A model generated the notes under the pieces. The model saw nothing but the letters and a program-made list of their open reading frames with translations, had not been told where the DNA came from and did not search any database. Both the position numbers and the translations under genes were made by a program. Positions 45,497 to 60,894 of a stretch of 64,000 nucleotides of DNA are shown piece by piece. This DNA is from Octopus vulgaris (taxonomy: Eukaryota), in NCBI GenBank assembly GCA_951406725.2, contig OX597817.1:166594001-166658000 (forward strand). Reading direction: 5' to 3'. Numbering within the stretch: position 1 is the first letter of the stretch; the number at the start of each line of letters is the position of its first letter.

Positions 45497-45793
45497 ATAT
45501 ATATATATATATATACGTATATATATATGTGTGTATGTATGTATGTATGTATATAAGTTGAACTAAAACGCAATGTATATATATATATATAACTCTTTTG
45601 CTTCTTTCAATGGTCAATGTACTATGGCCATGCTGGACCACCGCCTCGAAGACTGCTAAGTTATGCGAATGTAAATAAAAACAACACCTGTTGCCAAGCG
45701 ATGGGGATGACAAACGCAAAACACAATGATACGCACATACACAACATATTTGTGTGTGTTTGTGTGTATGTGTGTGTGTGTTTGTTTGTGTGT

Positions 45794-45842
<49 letters not shown>

Positions 45843-46032
45843 GTGTGTGTGTAAGTGGAGACGCGTAGCTTAGTGGTTAGGATGGACCGGGCGATGCGTT
45901 GTGCTCTTAAGCAAAACACATTTCACGTTGCTCTCCAGTAAAAGAAATGAGTAATCCTGCCACGGACCGGCTCCCGTCTAGGAAGGAATTTTCCTGCTAC
46001 AGAATCTCCATGGCTGGGAAGAACCTTTTATC

Positions 46033-46101
<69 letters not shown>

Positions 46102-46743
46102 ATCTATATATACAAACACATTCACACACACATATATAAATTTATATATATATATGTATATGCATGCATAAGTGTGTGTGTGTGTGTGTGCAGTGTGTCT
46201 GTCAGTATCCATATATACTCCCCCACATAGATTTTCTTCCACCAAATACATTGACAAAGCGTTTCTCAGGTCGGAGGTGTAGTATTGGAACTGAACCCGA
46301 AAACCAAGGGCTCGCAAGGCGAGCTTCTTAACCACACAGCTATGCAGGCGCGCTTATATAATCATCGATCGACAGGATATGCGCACATGCATACATAGAC
46401 ACTTGTGCGAAGTAACATTATTCCATTCTATGCTAAATCAAACAAGTTCTGGTTGTTGCATTTATTCCCTAATTCACGCCCTGTCCACACCCACGGACAG
46501 TCTTCCCACACACGTGCACGCACACACAAGCACATACGCACACGCACAAACACACACACAAAGACACGCACACGCACACAAACAATCAAGCACACAGACA
46601 CAAACGGTGGGATGCACGTGCACGCAAGTATGCACATCCAATCCTGTTTCCAAGGTGATTCTTCAGCATCCAGGTGTTTACTAATGGAGATAATATACAC
46701 AAATACGCAATCACAAATCATTATACTCCTGCTAATACGGTTA

Positions 46744-46821
<78 letters not shown>

Positions 46822-47529
46822 GCTAGCTAGCTAGCTAGCTAGCTATCTATCTATCTATCTATCTCGGGCAGTCGACTGATGCCAAGGAACCCTCTCAGAC
46901 TCTGTAATTGGAAGGCGTATACTCATTATATAAAATAATATTTTTGATGGTTAATATGTCGTAATTGGCAGGTGCAGTGTGACCTGATGGTTTAGAAGTC
47001 TGATACGTAACCACGAGGTAACGATTTCGGTTCCAAAGTGCTGTAACTTGCACAAATGTTATTTTCTATTGCCTCGAGGTGGCCGCCAATATCTTGTGAA
47101 TGATATTGAGTAGAAGGCAAAGTAACTAGAAGTCCATTTGGTGGATTGTGCATGCAATTCATACGGAGTGTTAGGGGCTGGCTAGGTTTCTGTGGAATAC
47201 TCAGCCATTTACACGCTAACTGAGGAGCATATAATTCAGTTGATCAAACCACAAATCCTCACACATACATACATGCATGCACACAAACGTACCATTGTAT
47301 CGACCAGACTCAGATATTGTTATACACCGCTGGTCACAATGTGCTTCGCATTGTTTTAAGTTTCGAGCAGTCCAACATTCTCCCTGAAGCGAGTGGACAG
47401 GAGCAACGTGAAATAAAGTGTTTTACTGATGAGCGCAACACCGCGCCGCCCTATCCGAGAATCGAACCCATGATCTAGACATCGTGAATAATCACTAGGC
47501 CAAGCGTCTTTAAATATATATATATATAT

Positions 47530-48091
47530 ATATTATATAATAAAATCCGTTCTGTCTGTCTGTCTGTCTTCTAGGATCTCGGGCATCCTCCATCCGACTA
47601 CGCTCAAATTTGATATGTAGATACCGACGGTATCAGGGCTTGTATAAGTTTTTCAAGTCTTGAAAAACTTACAAAAATCGATTCCAGGTGAGAATGCGAA
47701 CGATAAAGCCGTTTTTGTCCTGCTTTTCTTCTGTCAACCTATACATAACTGCACCTTCGATTTTTTGTTGATTTTGTATTGCTTAAAGGCACGTTTCTTT
47801 CCTGCTAAGCTTACTGTTCAAACCATGTTTGTGTTCTCCCAGTCAACAGCCTTATCATTACTGGTACTTTAAACGGTTCGGTTGCATATTTGTGGGAATA
47901 AAATCGTTTTTCTTTGGAATAGAAAACAAGTCTATCTTTATTTCTTCTTTTGCTGGTGTCTCAAATTTAGGTTAAATAAGTGTTTGTCAAAGGGGAGGCC
48001 TATGGGACGGTCGGACAAGTTATTTTGAGAAAATTTGGTTTAAATGTTTGACAACTCAGCACCGTTCATTGGACGGCGGTCATTTTGCTCG
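47530..48091 (+). mobile_element. Degraded non-autonomous Helitron
   Basis: 5' TATATAATAAAATCCGTTCTGTCTGTCTG, and a 3' hairpin CCGT..ACGG followed by CTCG|T (mutated CTAG). Confidence 0.55.
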
Positions 48092-48148
<57 letters not shown>

Positions 48149-48497
48149 AGCTTCTGTGTTTCTAGTACATACTTTGCCTTTTAATGTACTTATATATGAA
48201 TAATATATGGCTTGTGCTAGAAATACCAGCGATAATAATTAATTTTATTTTATCGCACTTCGACTTTGTTTATATATATATAAATCTCTAAATCTCTCAG
48301 GGTGACTTATACAGTAGCAGCACGATAAAGTGATGGCTTGTTGCCAACTTAATGTGGCAGTCCCAGGAAAGGGAAGAATGCTATTGCTATTTAGCCCCAG
48401 GAAACATCGTTTCCAGTTGGCTATGTGACACAAGTGTTCTGTGTCCTTAAGTTTTCACACAGGGGAGATAAGCACTTCCACCTAGCAAAGCCAGCAC

Positions 48498-48536
48498 CCA
48501 GAGACTAGTTTCAGTCATTGCTCTTCATCAGTCTGG
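48498..48536 (-). ncRNA. Minimal type I hammerhead ribozyme motif
   Basis: Minus strand CCAGA-CTGATGA-AGAGCAATGACT-GAAAC-TA-GTC-TCTGG. Stem I is a perfect 5 bp, stem III is the palindrome ACTAGT and stem II is weak. Confidence 0.72.
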
Positions 48537-48885
48537 AGTAGCTTGGCTCGCTAGCTGAAATTTTAATTAAGACAATAATGTCACATATAGCTAATACAGC
48601 ACAGCTAATACACATACAAATAAAGTTAATGCGAGTTCGAATGAACCTTATTTAAAAACGACCTTATTTAAAAATTTTAATGAACAGATGAATTATATAT
48701 TATATAGTCTTTTTTTCTTTTGGGAGAGGGGATTATGCCCGGTTGCCTAAAAGGTCCAGCGGCTACCCCTTTCCCCTTTTTTTCTCCCAATGCAGATTAA
48801 GTAGGGTTACTAGCACCTACTTTTCTTAACACAGCCTTCCATCTTTCCTCAAACACACTTCGTGACAGGATTCTACCCACTACCT

Positions 48886-48912
48886 ATAGATAGATAGATA
48901 GATAAATAGACT

Positions 48913-48946
<34 letters not shown>

Positions 48947-48954
48947 TAGAGAGT

Positions 48955-49050
<96 letters not shown>

Positions 49051-49123
49051 GAGTTAGATAGATAGATAGATAGATAGATCGATAGCCTGACACACAGACA
49101 GATAGGCAGATAGACAGACAGAC

Positions 49124-49196
<73 letters not shown>
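48886..49196. repeat. (GATA)n/(GACA)n microsatellite
   Basis: Direct reading. Confidence 0.95.
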
Positions 49197-49197
<1 letters not shown>

Positions 49198-49659
49198 GCA
49201 GGGGTCAGGAAGGCAGGCAGACAAACAGAGCTAGTTAGCTAGACAGACAGTGACAAAGAGAGACAGACAGAGAGACGGATAGATAGCTAGACAGATAGAT
49301 AGATTAAATGATTTACGTTGATATATAACTTCTGAGGAACAGGCATCACTATTGTTACCAAGGCAACTCATGCAAAGCCTTCCGTCGATTAACATACGCA
49401 ATAAGCAATAAACAAATATTTATTTAGATGCTAGATGTTGGCTCCCTTATCGTGAGTTGAAATTGTTGTAATTGTTGCTGGACATGGTGTTATATCATTA
49501 TTAGATTTGTGTAGTGATCGATGTATCGATGGGGAGATGGATTGGTGGTGTGATGAAACGATGAAATGATGCGTTTGTAAACCGATAGAGCGATGTAGCG
49601 TTGACACGTTGCAATGATGGAGTGATGGAGAAGTGAAGTAATACAGCACTTCATCCTAC

Positions 49660-50471
49660 ATGTATGTATGTATGTATGTATGTATGTATGTATGTATGTA
49701 TGTATGTATGTATGTATGTATGCATGTATGTATGTATGTATGCATGTATGTATGTATACATGTATGAATGTATGTATGTATGTATGTATGTGTGTATGTA
49801 TGTATGTGTGTATGTATGTATGTATGTATGTATGTATGTGTGTATGTATGTATGTGTGTATGTATGTATGTATGCATGCATGTATGTATGTATGTATGCA
49901 TGTATGTATGTAAGTATGTATGTATGTATGTGTGTATGTATGTATGTATGTATATATATATATATGTATGTATGTATGTGTGTATGTATGTATGTGTGTA
50001 CGTATGTATGCATGTATGTATGTATGTGTGTATGTATGTATGTGTGTATGTATGTATGTATGTAAGTATGTATGTATGCATGCATGCATGTATGTATGTA
50101 TGCATGTTTGTATGTATGTATGTATGTATATATGTATGTATGTATGTGTGTATGTATGTATGTGTGTATGTATGTATGTGTGTATGTATGTATGTATGTG
50201 TGTATGCATGTATGTATATATGTATGTATGTGTGTATGTATGTATGTATGTATGTATGTATGTATGTATGCGTGTATGTATGTATGTATGCATGCATGCA
50301 TGCATGTATGTGTGTATGCATGTATGTATGTAAGTATGTATGTATGTATGTATGTATGCATGCATGCATGCATGTATGTGTGTATGCATGCATGTATGTA
50401 TGTATGTATGTATGTATGTATGTATGTATGTATGTATGTATGTATGTATGTATGTATACATGTATGTATGT
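49660..50471. repeat. About 810-bp (TATG)n microsatellite
   Basis: Direct reading. Confidence 0.95.
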
Positions 50472-50644
50472 AGGCGCATGGCTTAGTGGTTAAGATGTTA
50501 CATTCCTAATCGTAACACTGTTGTTTCAATTACTAGACCGGGCGATGATTTTGTGTTCTTGAGCAAAACACTTCATTTCACTTTGGCAAATACGAGTAAA
50601 CATACGATGAAATGGCATCCAGTCCAGTGAGGGAATACTCTCTT

Positions 50645-51275
50645 TCTCTTTTTACTCTTTTACTTGTTTCAGTCATTTAACTGTGGCCATGCTGGAGCAC
50701 CGCCTTTAGTCGAGCCTAGTACTTATTCTATCGGTCCCTTTTGCCGAACCGCTAATGTTACGGGGGCGTAAACACACCAGCATCTGTTGTCAAGCGATGT
50801 TGGGGGGGACAAACACAGACACACAAACATATACGCACACATACATATATATATATATATATATGTACATTTATACGACGGGCTTCTTTCAGTTTCTGTC
50901 TACCAAATCCACTCACAAGGCTTTGGTCGGCCCGAGGCTATAGTAGAAGAACCATTAAAAACAAATTTTTATGCGCCCTTTTCAAGCCTAGCCAGGCTCA
51001 CGGGCCCGGTTTCCCGGTTTCTATGGCGTATGTGTTCCCCCACCCCAGCTGGACGGGACGCCAGTACATCGCAGCATTACTCAAGAAACATGAAGAAAGA
51101 GTGAAAGTTTGGGCGAAAGAGTACAACAGGGATCGCCACCACCCCTGCCGGAGCCTCGTGGAGCTTTTAGGTGTTTTCGTTCAATAAATACACACAACTC
51201 CCGGTCTGGGAATCGAAACCGCGATCCTCCGACCACGAGTCTGCTGCCCTAACCACTAGGCCATTGCGCCTCCAC
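50645..51275 (-). mobile_element. Family A SINE 3' part (50645-50950) adjoining a family D SINE (about 50975-51275)
   Basis: Homology to the other copies in the window. Confidence 0.8.
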
Positions 51276-51645
51276 GAGGGAATACATACGCTAGAGAATC
51301 CGGAAAATCGGCTTTATACTGCTATGGCACGTGAACGACCATTGATTTTTATTTATTTATTATGTAAGTATATACGTATGCATGTATATGCGTAGAAATA
51401 TATGTATGACTGTATGTACGTAGAAAAACACACACACATACACAACAAACACATATATGTACATGTATGTACCTATATAAGTTCATGCCTATGCATGTAT
51501 TTAAATGAGTCGAGAGGTAAGGCAGGTAGGTATATATTTATGTAGTAAAGCAATATGTAAATATGCATGTATATATGCGTTCAAGTATTCATATATGTTT
51601 GTTTGTGTATGTATGTGTGTGTTTGCGCGTGTGTGCGCGCGCGTG

Positions 51646-51680
<35 letters not shown>

Positions 51681-51699
51681 TTACATTTGTTTCTCATAT

Positions 51700-52370
51700 G
51701 TACCAATGCTAACTTGGAATGAAGTGCAGCCTGCTATATGGTCAAGTCGTTAGCGTTTAAACTGGCGCCCTCACTAGGCTTGCCTGGTGATGAAGATTGC
51801 TAGAAACCCAGCAGAACTAAAAACAAGGCCTATCAAAAGGTCGGGTGAACCTCGTATAATTTCAACTTCTACGGGCCCTCACAAATCCCGGTTTGGTATC
51901 CGGGATGCTGGAAGACCACTGGGAGTGGGGCACCTCTTAGATTTTGTTAAATCGCATCTCGAGAAGGAGGTCAGTCCGATATAAAACCAGATGTATGGGG
52001 AATGGCATCGAACACATGGGGGAACATTGCAATTAAGATCATGGCGCACCCACATTCCTTGGCCTGCGACCCATATTGTTTCTGGACATCTTGGTCATGC
52101 TCTTCATGTCAATGGAGGAAAGAAGTTATGTGAGGTGCTATGCAAGTCTCATTGAACCTAAAACTTTAGGTTGTTCAATCGACGGGGAAGCCACTATCTG
52201 ATGCGTGGTCGAGCAGGAGGATGCTACAGTGAGCATAGAAGCTGCGGATGTGAACCCGGATAAAGCTGACTGCTGACTCAATGACCTCAACCACAGCTAT
52301 TGCTAGCATTTTACATGGGCAATAACCAGCGGTCTTCCTCGGTCACGAGTGGACAACCATCATTATCATG
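51700..52370 (+). mobile_element. Putative non-autonomous RTE-related retroposon with (TATG)n tail
   Basis: GC-balanced complex sequence with no long ORF, ending CGGTCACGAGTGGACAACCATC then (TATG)n. The class assignment is tentative. Confidence 0.35.
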
Positions 52371-52489
52371 TATGTATGTATGTATGTATGTATGTATGTA
52401 TGTATGTATGTATGTATGTATGTATGTTTGTGTGTATGTATGTATGTATGTATGTATGTATGTATGTATGTATGTATGTATATATGTGA

Positions 52490-52780
52490 AGGCGCATGGC
52501 TCAGTGATTAGAGCGTCGGGCTTCGTGTTGTGTTCTTGAGCGAGACACTTTATTTCACGTTGCTCCAGTTCACTCAGCTGTAGAAATGAGTTGTGACGTC
52601 ACTGGTACCAAGCTTTATCGGCTTTGTCTATCCCTAGGATAACGTCGGTGGTGTGGAAAAGGGAGGCCGGTAGGCATGGGCGACTGTTGGTCTTCCATAA
52701 ACAATCTTGCCCGGACTTGTGCCTCGGAAGGTAACTTTCTAGGTGCAATCCCATGGTCATTCATGACCGAAGGGGGTCTC
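52490..52780 (+). mobile_element. tRNA-derived SINE, family C, with a deletion in the head
   Basis: Homology to 38805-39130, lacking about 35 nt including the B box. Confidence 0.82.
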
Positions 52781-52783
52781 CGA

Positions 52784-52814
<31 letters not shown>

Positions 52815-53927
52815 TGTATGTATGTATGTATGTATGTATGTATGTATGTATGTATGTATGTTGCTGATTTTTGGGTTGATAATTTGGAAGATATTAGTAG
52901 CAGTTCCATCATCAGACGGTATCCCACAACCATAGGGTTTTTCGACCCTGAATCGTAACCCTTTAATTTAGTGTGTCGGAAGAGGTGACCAATTCACTGC
53001 TCATCATCACCCGTTATCTTGCTTGATTACCAGCAAGAAGGTCTCTCTGTGACCTCTCCTATCTTCCTCGCAGCCAACCTCACTCTTTTCTTCCCATTTC
53101 AGTGGGTGTAAGCATCCTCCATAGCGACTGCGCATTTATATATACATACATACATACATACATACATACATACATACATACATACATACATACATACATA
53201 CATACATACATACATACATTCATGCATACATACATACATTCCTACATACATACATATATACATTCATACATACATACATACATACATACATACATACATA
53301 CATACATTCATACATACATACATACATACATACATACATACATACATACATACATACATACATACATACATACATGATTTTATGCATGCATATATGCATA
53401 CTTAATTAATTCTAATATATTCTCTCTGCATTTTCAATTTCATTAATAACAATGTACATAGATACACACACACACATGTATATGTATGTATGTATATATA
53501 TATCATATGTATGTATGTATATATATTATGTATGTATATATATATTATATATATGTATGTATGTATATATTATATATATGTGTGTATATGGCTTGATTGA
53601 CGTGGTCATACATTAAATCACGTTTCTAGCACGGTGTATACACAGTCACCTACCACTAAAAACGGAATATATAAATGAGATAGGTTCCCTTCCTTCCTCT
53701 ATACATATTTACGTTGAGACTGACCTTCGCTTTTAAGTGCTTTGGTCAAATGGTCAAATAAGGAAAGCGTCACTGGGATCGCTCTATTGATTCTTCGACT
53801 CTTCCTACCGGACGTTCCACTGTTGAAGTGAATTGTTTAGTGGACATGTTTGTATAGTATTGATTTACTCCTTGTTTGAGTTAAACAACACTTTTGCATG
53901 TCCGTCTACATACGTTTGTGTGCATCC

Positions 53928-53977
<50 letters not shown>

Positions 53978-54104
53978 GCACATACGCACGCTGTCAGACA
54001 CACACACACACAAATAAGCAAACTCGCATGTACATCTAAATAAATCAAGATAAACTATTACATATATATATATATATATATATATGTGTGTATATATATG
54101 TATA

Positions 54105-54137
<33 letters not shown>

Positions 54138-55059
54138 ATATTTATGTATATCTACGTATTCATATATATATATGTGTGTGTGTGTATGTGTGTGTTCGTA
54201 TACATATATATATATGCATGTGTATATGTGTATGTGTGTATATATATATATATAGGTAAAAATTATATATGTACGTATGTATGTATGTATGTTTGTTTGT
54301 TTGCATATATATGTGTGTGTTTGTATTTGAACATGTGCATGTATGTGCTTAACGTAACTAAACATTTGCGAACATATATATTTTCGTAGATGGATAAATA
54401 ACAAATTGATCTGAAGGTCTTTTAAAACGAAGGATGATTGCTATTTATATAAATGTTAAATAGTCACAGATCCACCAAAAGACACAGATAATATACATAG
54501 ATACATACATACATGCATTATATATAAAAACACACATATACACACACATACACAAACACACACTTATATATATAGTACTTACATCTATATAGACGTTATA
54601 TTAGCTAACTGCTCGGCCTTCCTTAAAAGGAAGGATAATGCAAAAATATCAAGTTACGGTAGTTATTTATAAAACCATGGACAACTTTATTACCATTAAA
54701 ACCATTAGTTCGATGCCAGGTGACAAAATTTGTTTTGTTGATTAAAAGCATAACTACGAAAAGGAAGCTCCACCTTTTCCGTTAATTCAAGAAAAACAAT
54801 ACCATGTTTTACTAATGGAAATTTACGGAAGCGAGGAGGCACTGTTACAGTCAGGTTGAGAGATGATTAATGCAAAATGATTATGTATACAAGATTGCGT
54901 GGTATGATAACGCAATTGTGGCTGTAACATGTGACGAAGAATAGCAAATTTTCTATCCTACACCCACTCTCTCTCTCTCACTCACTTGCTCTCACATGTT
55001 GTCTCTCCTTCTTCTCAAACTCTTGCCTTTCTTTCTTTCTCTCTCTCTCTTTATATACA

Positions 55060-55123
<64 letters not shown>

Positions 55124-55329
55124 GTGAAATAGAAAGATGAATAATCTTGTAGTAGATTAATCAAAAGTTTAACCGTTTAATCAAAAGGAAACACGTGTAG
55201 AATGAAATAAAACGATTTCTGTTCAATCTGCGTTCAGCTCCATTTCTTCAATTCACCAATAATGTTATATATATATATATATATGTATATAATCTGTTGA
55301 ATTGCTGGCTGCAATATGTATGTATATAT

Positions 55330-55975
55330 ATATCCGCTCAGTCGAAGTCGACTCTCGGTTACTCGATGGATCAGTATCCTCCAGTCAGTTCTATCCTGGG
55401 CCGCTTCTTTCAGATTGGCTATGTCCATTCCGGTATCACTCTTGATGGTGTCAAGCCTGCGGGTTCTTGGTCGGCCTCTTCCTCTCTTACCACTGACCAT
55501 TCCGAGCATGATGTCCTTATCCAGGGATTTTCTCCACGTAATATGACCAAAATATGCTAATCTATGCTTGGTGATCCTAGCTTCTAGCGACATTTTCGGC
55601 CTGATCTGCTTAAGAACTTCTCTATTGGTGAGCATCGCTGTCCATGGAATCCGCAAAAGTCTTCTCCAACACCAAAGCTCGAATGCATTAATTCTCTTCT
55701 GGTCAGCTTTCTTTAGTGTCCAGCTCTCGCATCCATATGTTGCTATTGGGAAGACAATTGCATTCACCAATCTGCATTTGGTAGCGAGTCTGATGTCTCT
55801 ACTCTTCCAGACCCTGCTCATGCTGACCATTGCCTCTCTGCCTAGTACTATCCGCCGTCTTATTTCTGGAGTGCAGTCACCATCTCGATTTATTTTGGAG
55901 CCAAAAAAGATGAAATCATCAACCACTTCGATCTCTTCATTATCGATCTTGATGCTGATGTTCGTTGTGGCTGCT
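55330..55975 (-). mobile_element. RTE-clade (BovB-like) LINE, 5'-truncated, RT thumb and C-terminus
   Basis: VDDFIFFGS..EIRRRI..VFPIATYGCESWTLKK..RINAFELWCWRRLLRIPWT..YFGHI..GKRGRGRP..AAQDR..W. Confidence 0.92.
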
Positions 55976-56139
55976 ATTATATCAAAATAAGCAACAGGAT
56001 ATCAAGAGGTGATGCAGTATGACCGTTTCAAGCGGCTCCATTTAATTGAACAATGCAATCATTACATCAATTTAAATGAAGGGCTTTCCTCAGTTGCATA
56101 AATAAATCGAATTTTTGTAATCAGTTGGACACTTTAATA

Positions 56140-56433
56140 TGTATTTCTTTACTAAACACAGAGGGGAGAAACGAGGACAGACAAACGGATTAAGTCGATT
56201 ACATCGACCCAGTGCGTAACTGTTACTAAACACAGAGGGGAGAAACGAGGACAGACAAACGGATTAAGTCGATTACATCGACCCAGTGCGTAACTGTTAC
56301 TTAATTTATCGACCCCGAAAGGATGAAAGGCAAAGTCGACCTCGGCGGAATTTGAACCCTGAACGTAACGGCAGACGAAATACGGCTACGCATTTCGCCC
56401 GTAGTGCTAACGTTTCTGCCAGCTCGCCGCCTT
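56140..56433 (-). mobile_element. Family B SINE with a perfect 74-bp tandem duplication
   Basis: 56149-56222 equals 56223-56296. Confidence 0.88.
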
Positions 56434-57519
56434 GGACACATTAATATAATTTTACTTAAATTCTTTAATAGAGCAAGAAGATTGAAAAAGTCTATGTTGC
56501 TACTATTGAAGCTCAAAATATACTACACTTTTAAGAACTGTATGAAGTTTGTTAGGGTCATAGCTTGTAACGGATTGTGGTTCATTTTTAATTTATTAGT
56601 GTTTTTTGTCAACCACCAAATATATGGCTAGAGGACAGTGTCTGTTTAGAATGGATAGACGGAGTGAATTTGACAGTTTATACTTTGGTATGGTCATAAA
56701 TATTGTCAGGATTTTAGGAAATGTGTAAGTAATTTTCTATAAAGGAGACTGGGTAGGGGAAGACCCTAAATCAAGATGTTAATTACCAGTTAAACGAAAA
56801 ATACAAATCTGCGTGTATACATAGATGCATGCATACAAAAATACCCTGTTGTTGAAGCTGAAATTTCAATGAAGGAATCTTGGATCTAGATTAGAAACTG
56901 ACTCTTTCTCTATTGGCAAGAAATTTTGAAATAATAACATACGTACATATATACATACATATAAACTTACATGCATGCATACATACATACATACATACAT
57001 ACATACATACATACATACATACATACATACAACTACAGTCACCTATCACTCACGTGTGAGTATAGCAGGGTAACGTGTATCATACTTCCACTAAATCGTT
57101 TTAAGCGCCTGTTGATCCCCCAGCAGACACTGACATAGATAACTTCTCGGCTTCGTTAGCCTTGATCCAGCAGTACATCAGCATGAAATAACGAATATAA
57201 AAAGAACACAAAATAATTTATGAGTAAACATTTAATCAATATTTAATTTTATTCATTATGATTATTAACAAAAAAATTTTAAATATTTTATTTCTTTAAA
57301 TTTCACTGTTAGTAACGGTCATTTGTTCCGCTGATACTGTTGGCAACAATTGGTCATGAAAAAATATCATTAATATCATTAATTATAGGCCGTGATTATC
57401 TTTGAAAATTGAAACCGGTTGGATACATTGTCATTCTGCTTTGATCATGAAGGTTTCTTTTAAAGATCTCACTCTATAGTCTTTGGTGTAATTATATTTT
57501 GATTCCTATGGAAATTCTT

Positions 57520-57725
<206 letters not shown>

Positions 57726-57834
57726 TACATATATACATATTTGTGTAATATGTATATTCGTGTTTCTACATGTGTATATATAAATATATATGGGTGTATA
57801 TATGTGTGGGTAATGTATATACATATATTTATAG

Positions 57835-57871
<37 letters not shown>

Positions 57872-58481
57872 AGAATATGATAGATGTACATATATATATT
57901 CACCTATTTATGCATATATAATTATACATACACATACACTTATATATGTATACATGTGTGTGAGTGTGTGTGTGCGTGTGCACGTGCATATATATACATG
58001 TCTAGCTGTCACGTATTCATCTTTTCAGTTAGATGTTAGATATTCAGCTAAACTAACTGTATTCGGATTCTCATCTGTTTCAACACGTTCAGCCTCATAA
58101 ATACATTCATTTGTATAGCTACTCTCAGCTGTAAACAGTTTAGAAAATTTTGATTTGAAATGAGGGATCTTTCTCCTTCATATTCCAGACAGTTCTATAA
58201 AGCATTTCAAATTCTTTTTTGAAACAACGAAAGGAAATAAGCTCCAGAGTCTCTTACTGCAACATACTGATTACCATTATCGCCACCGCCGTCGTCGTCA
58301 TCATCATTTTTTGCTACATATCACGGAAACCTTGTTTTGTAAGCATGGGGTTCCATCCTACAAGATGACGCAGCCACGATCAATATAGACCACAATGTAC
58401 ATTTACTTAGATCCGTAAAACGCTCGGTTGAACATCCTTATATTTTCTGTCCACGGAATATGACTTTCTGTGTATGATATA

Positions 58482-58876
58482 CTAGCAGTATCGCCCGGCG
58501 TTGCTCGGGTTTGTAAGGGAAATAACTATATAAGCATTTTTAGAGATGTAAAGTATAATAGCCATCTCAATATGGCTAACCACAAAGGGGGGTGTTACTG
58601 TAGCTTTTTACGTTCTGAGATTTAATAATAAATTTTTAGAGAGTTACTTCCCTTATATATGCCAAAAAATGCATTAAAAATGGGAAAAATTGATGGTAAT
58701 TTTTTTTTTAAGCGTAGACTCATCGTAGACGCGCGCTAATACCCAGAACGGCTCGATATGAATCACGACTATAAGATACCCGGTTTTGGTTAAACTGCAC
58801 CGCAAAATGTGAGAGTAGTTAGGAATCTAAATCGTAGGAGACAGACAGCACACAACCTCTCTTTTATATATAAAGA
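58482..58876 (-). mobile_element. Non-autonomous Helitron H1
   Basis: A|CTAGCAGTATCGCCCGGCGTTGCTCGGG ... TATATAAAGA|T. Confidence 0.88.
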
Positions 58877-59075
58877 TATCGTGATATCGGCGAGTGTATG
58901 CGGGAGCGTATGTGTGAGTATGCGCATATGTGTGTGTGATTGTACGTTCGCATTTTGTCGGATATGTCCTCCACCAAAAAAAAAAAAAGAAAAAAAGAGC
59001 TCGTGTCACCGGTTTGCGATCTGTAAATATGTAACAGTACGTACATGAGAACTTTCGTATGTACGTACAACTGTG

Positions 59076-59108
<33 letters not shown>

Positions 59109-59300
59109 AACATATATATATATATATATATCTGTATGTATTTATGTATAAATGCATGTTTTTGTATGTGTGAGTATACATATATTTATATATATGGCCC
59201 GACGAGCTAAGTTGCCGTAAGAAGCCTACAAAACTTTCAATTGCATGGGGCCGAACTAAACTGCTTTAAATAACAACAACAGCAACAACAACAATAACAC

Positions 59301-59387
<87 letters not shown>

Positions 59388-60681
59388 TGATGATGATGAT
59401 GCGGGTCCTTTCTACTATAAGCACTGAAATGCGGGGGAGGGTACTAGTTGATTACATCAACCCCAGTGGTTCAACGGTACTTAGTTTATCGACCTCGAAA
59501 GGATGAAAGGCAAAGTCGAATAATAAAAATGATGATAATGTCAATAATATCCGTAACTCCTATTGTGTAAAGTGCCTCTTTCGTTTGTCCATTCCCCGTA
59601 TATGTGTGTGTGTGTGTGTGCGTGTGAGTGTGTGTGTGTGTGTGTGTGTGCGTGTGTGCATGCGTGTGTGTGTGCGTTTGTGTGTGTGTATTATAAAAAA
59701 AGACGAATGGATTATCTAGTAATGCTACAATTTATTGCTGGCTCCACTTTGATATGTCACGATCCTTTATGTATTCCCTATACTTCAAACGTTGTATGTA
59801 CGTGTGTGTATATACAAATATATATAACAGATAGATGAATAATGACTCTACATGTTTTATTGGACTTATTTGTGTATTAATGTATGCACAATGTATGTCT
59901 GTTTGTGTGTGTATATTCATTAATGTGTACGTGTATTCCAGAAAGAGCGTATGTACATCTATAATTCAGCTGATACATACATACCTAAAGATATGACCAA
60001 AACTGTACAAATAAGAGAATCAATCATTAATTATCTACAATGCACTTATAGACACTGTTACCATGGCAAATCAAACGTTGATGCATTTGGTTAAGTGTAT
60101 CTCGGATCCCATCATGAACAAACTTTTCTGAAACAATTTTTTGTAAATGATTTTATGAAAAAAAAAAAAAGCATAACTGTACGTATTATTTGCCGCTTCA
60201 TCGCTCGTCTGTTCAACGCAGACATATCGAGGAATCATTCACCGCTTCTATAAGTATTAACACAGGACGTGGTTGTGAGCCTGTCTACCTGTAGCGTTAC
60301 ACTCATACAATCATTTTGATTTGTTCCTGCCATTCATAATCAATTTATAGCGGCAAAACACTGTTCCTATACTGTGTTAATTCAATGGATTTGTTCTTTG
60401 ATTTAACTTCAGGTGACAGAAAACTGATTACTGAGCGCTGGTCTCCTTTGGACTAAATAAATTGTGGTGATGCCATGGTTAACGTGATGACAACGACAGC
60501 TTAATTAATGAACGAAGTCAAAGCCCTGCTGAGTAGTAATCAGGAGATCATTTATAGTGATGTACACTAATTTCCCCGCCAATGATAGAATTACATTTAT
60601 GATGCACCCTCGTACATAACGATATACATACTCCCAACATATAGTTGTATGTATATATGTCTGTGTATTTATATACATATG

Positions 60682-60734
<53 letters not shown>

Positions 60735-60850
60735 ATGTGTGTGTATAAGTGTGTGAATGTGTGGGCATATTGTATGTATATGCGATTATGTGAACTAATA
60801 TGTTGTATGTACATGTTAGTGTGATTTAACTTCCATATTTACATGTGAGT

Positions 60851-60894
<44 letters not shown>

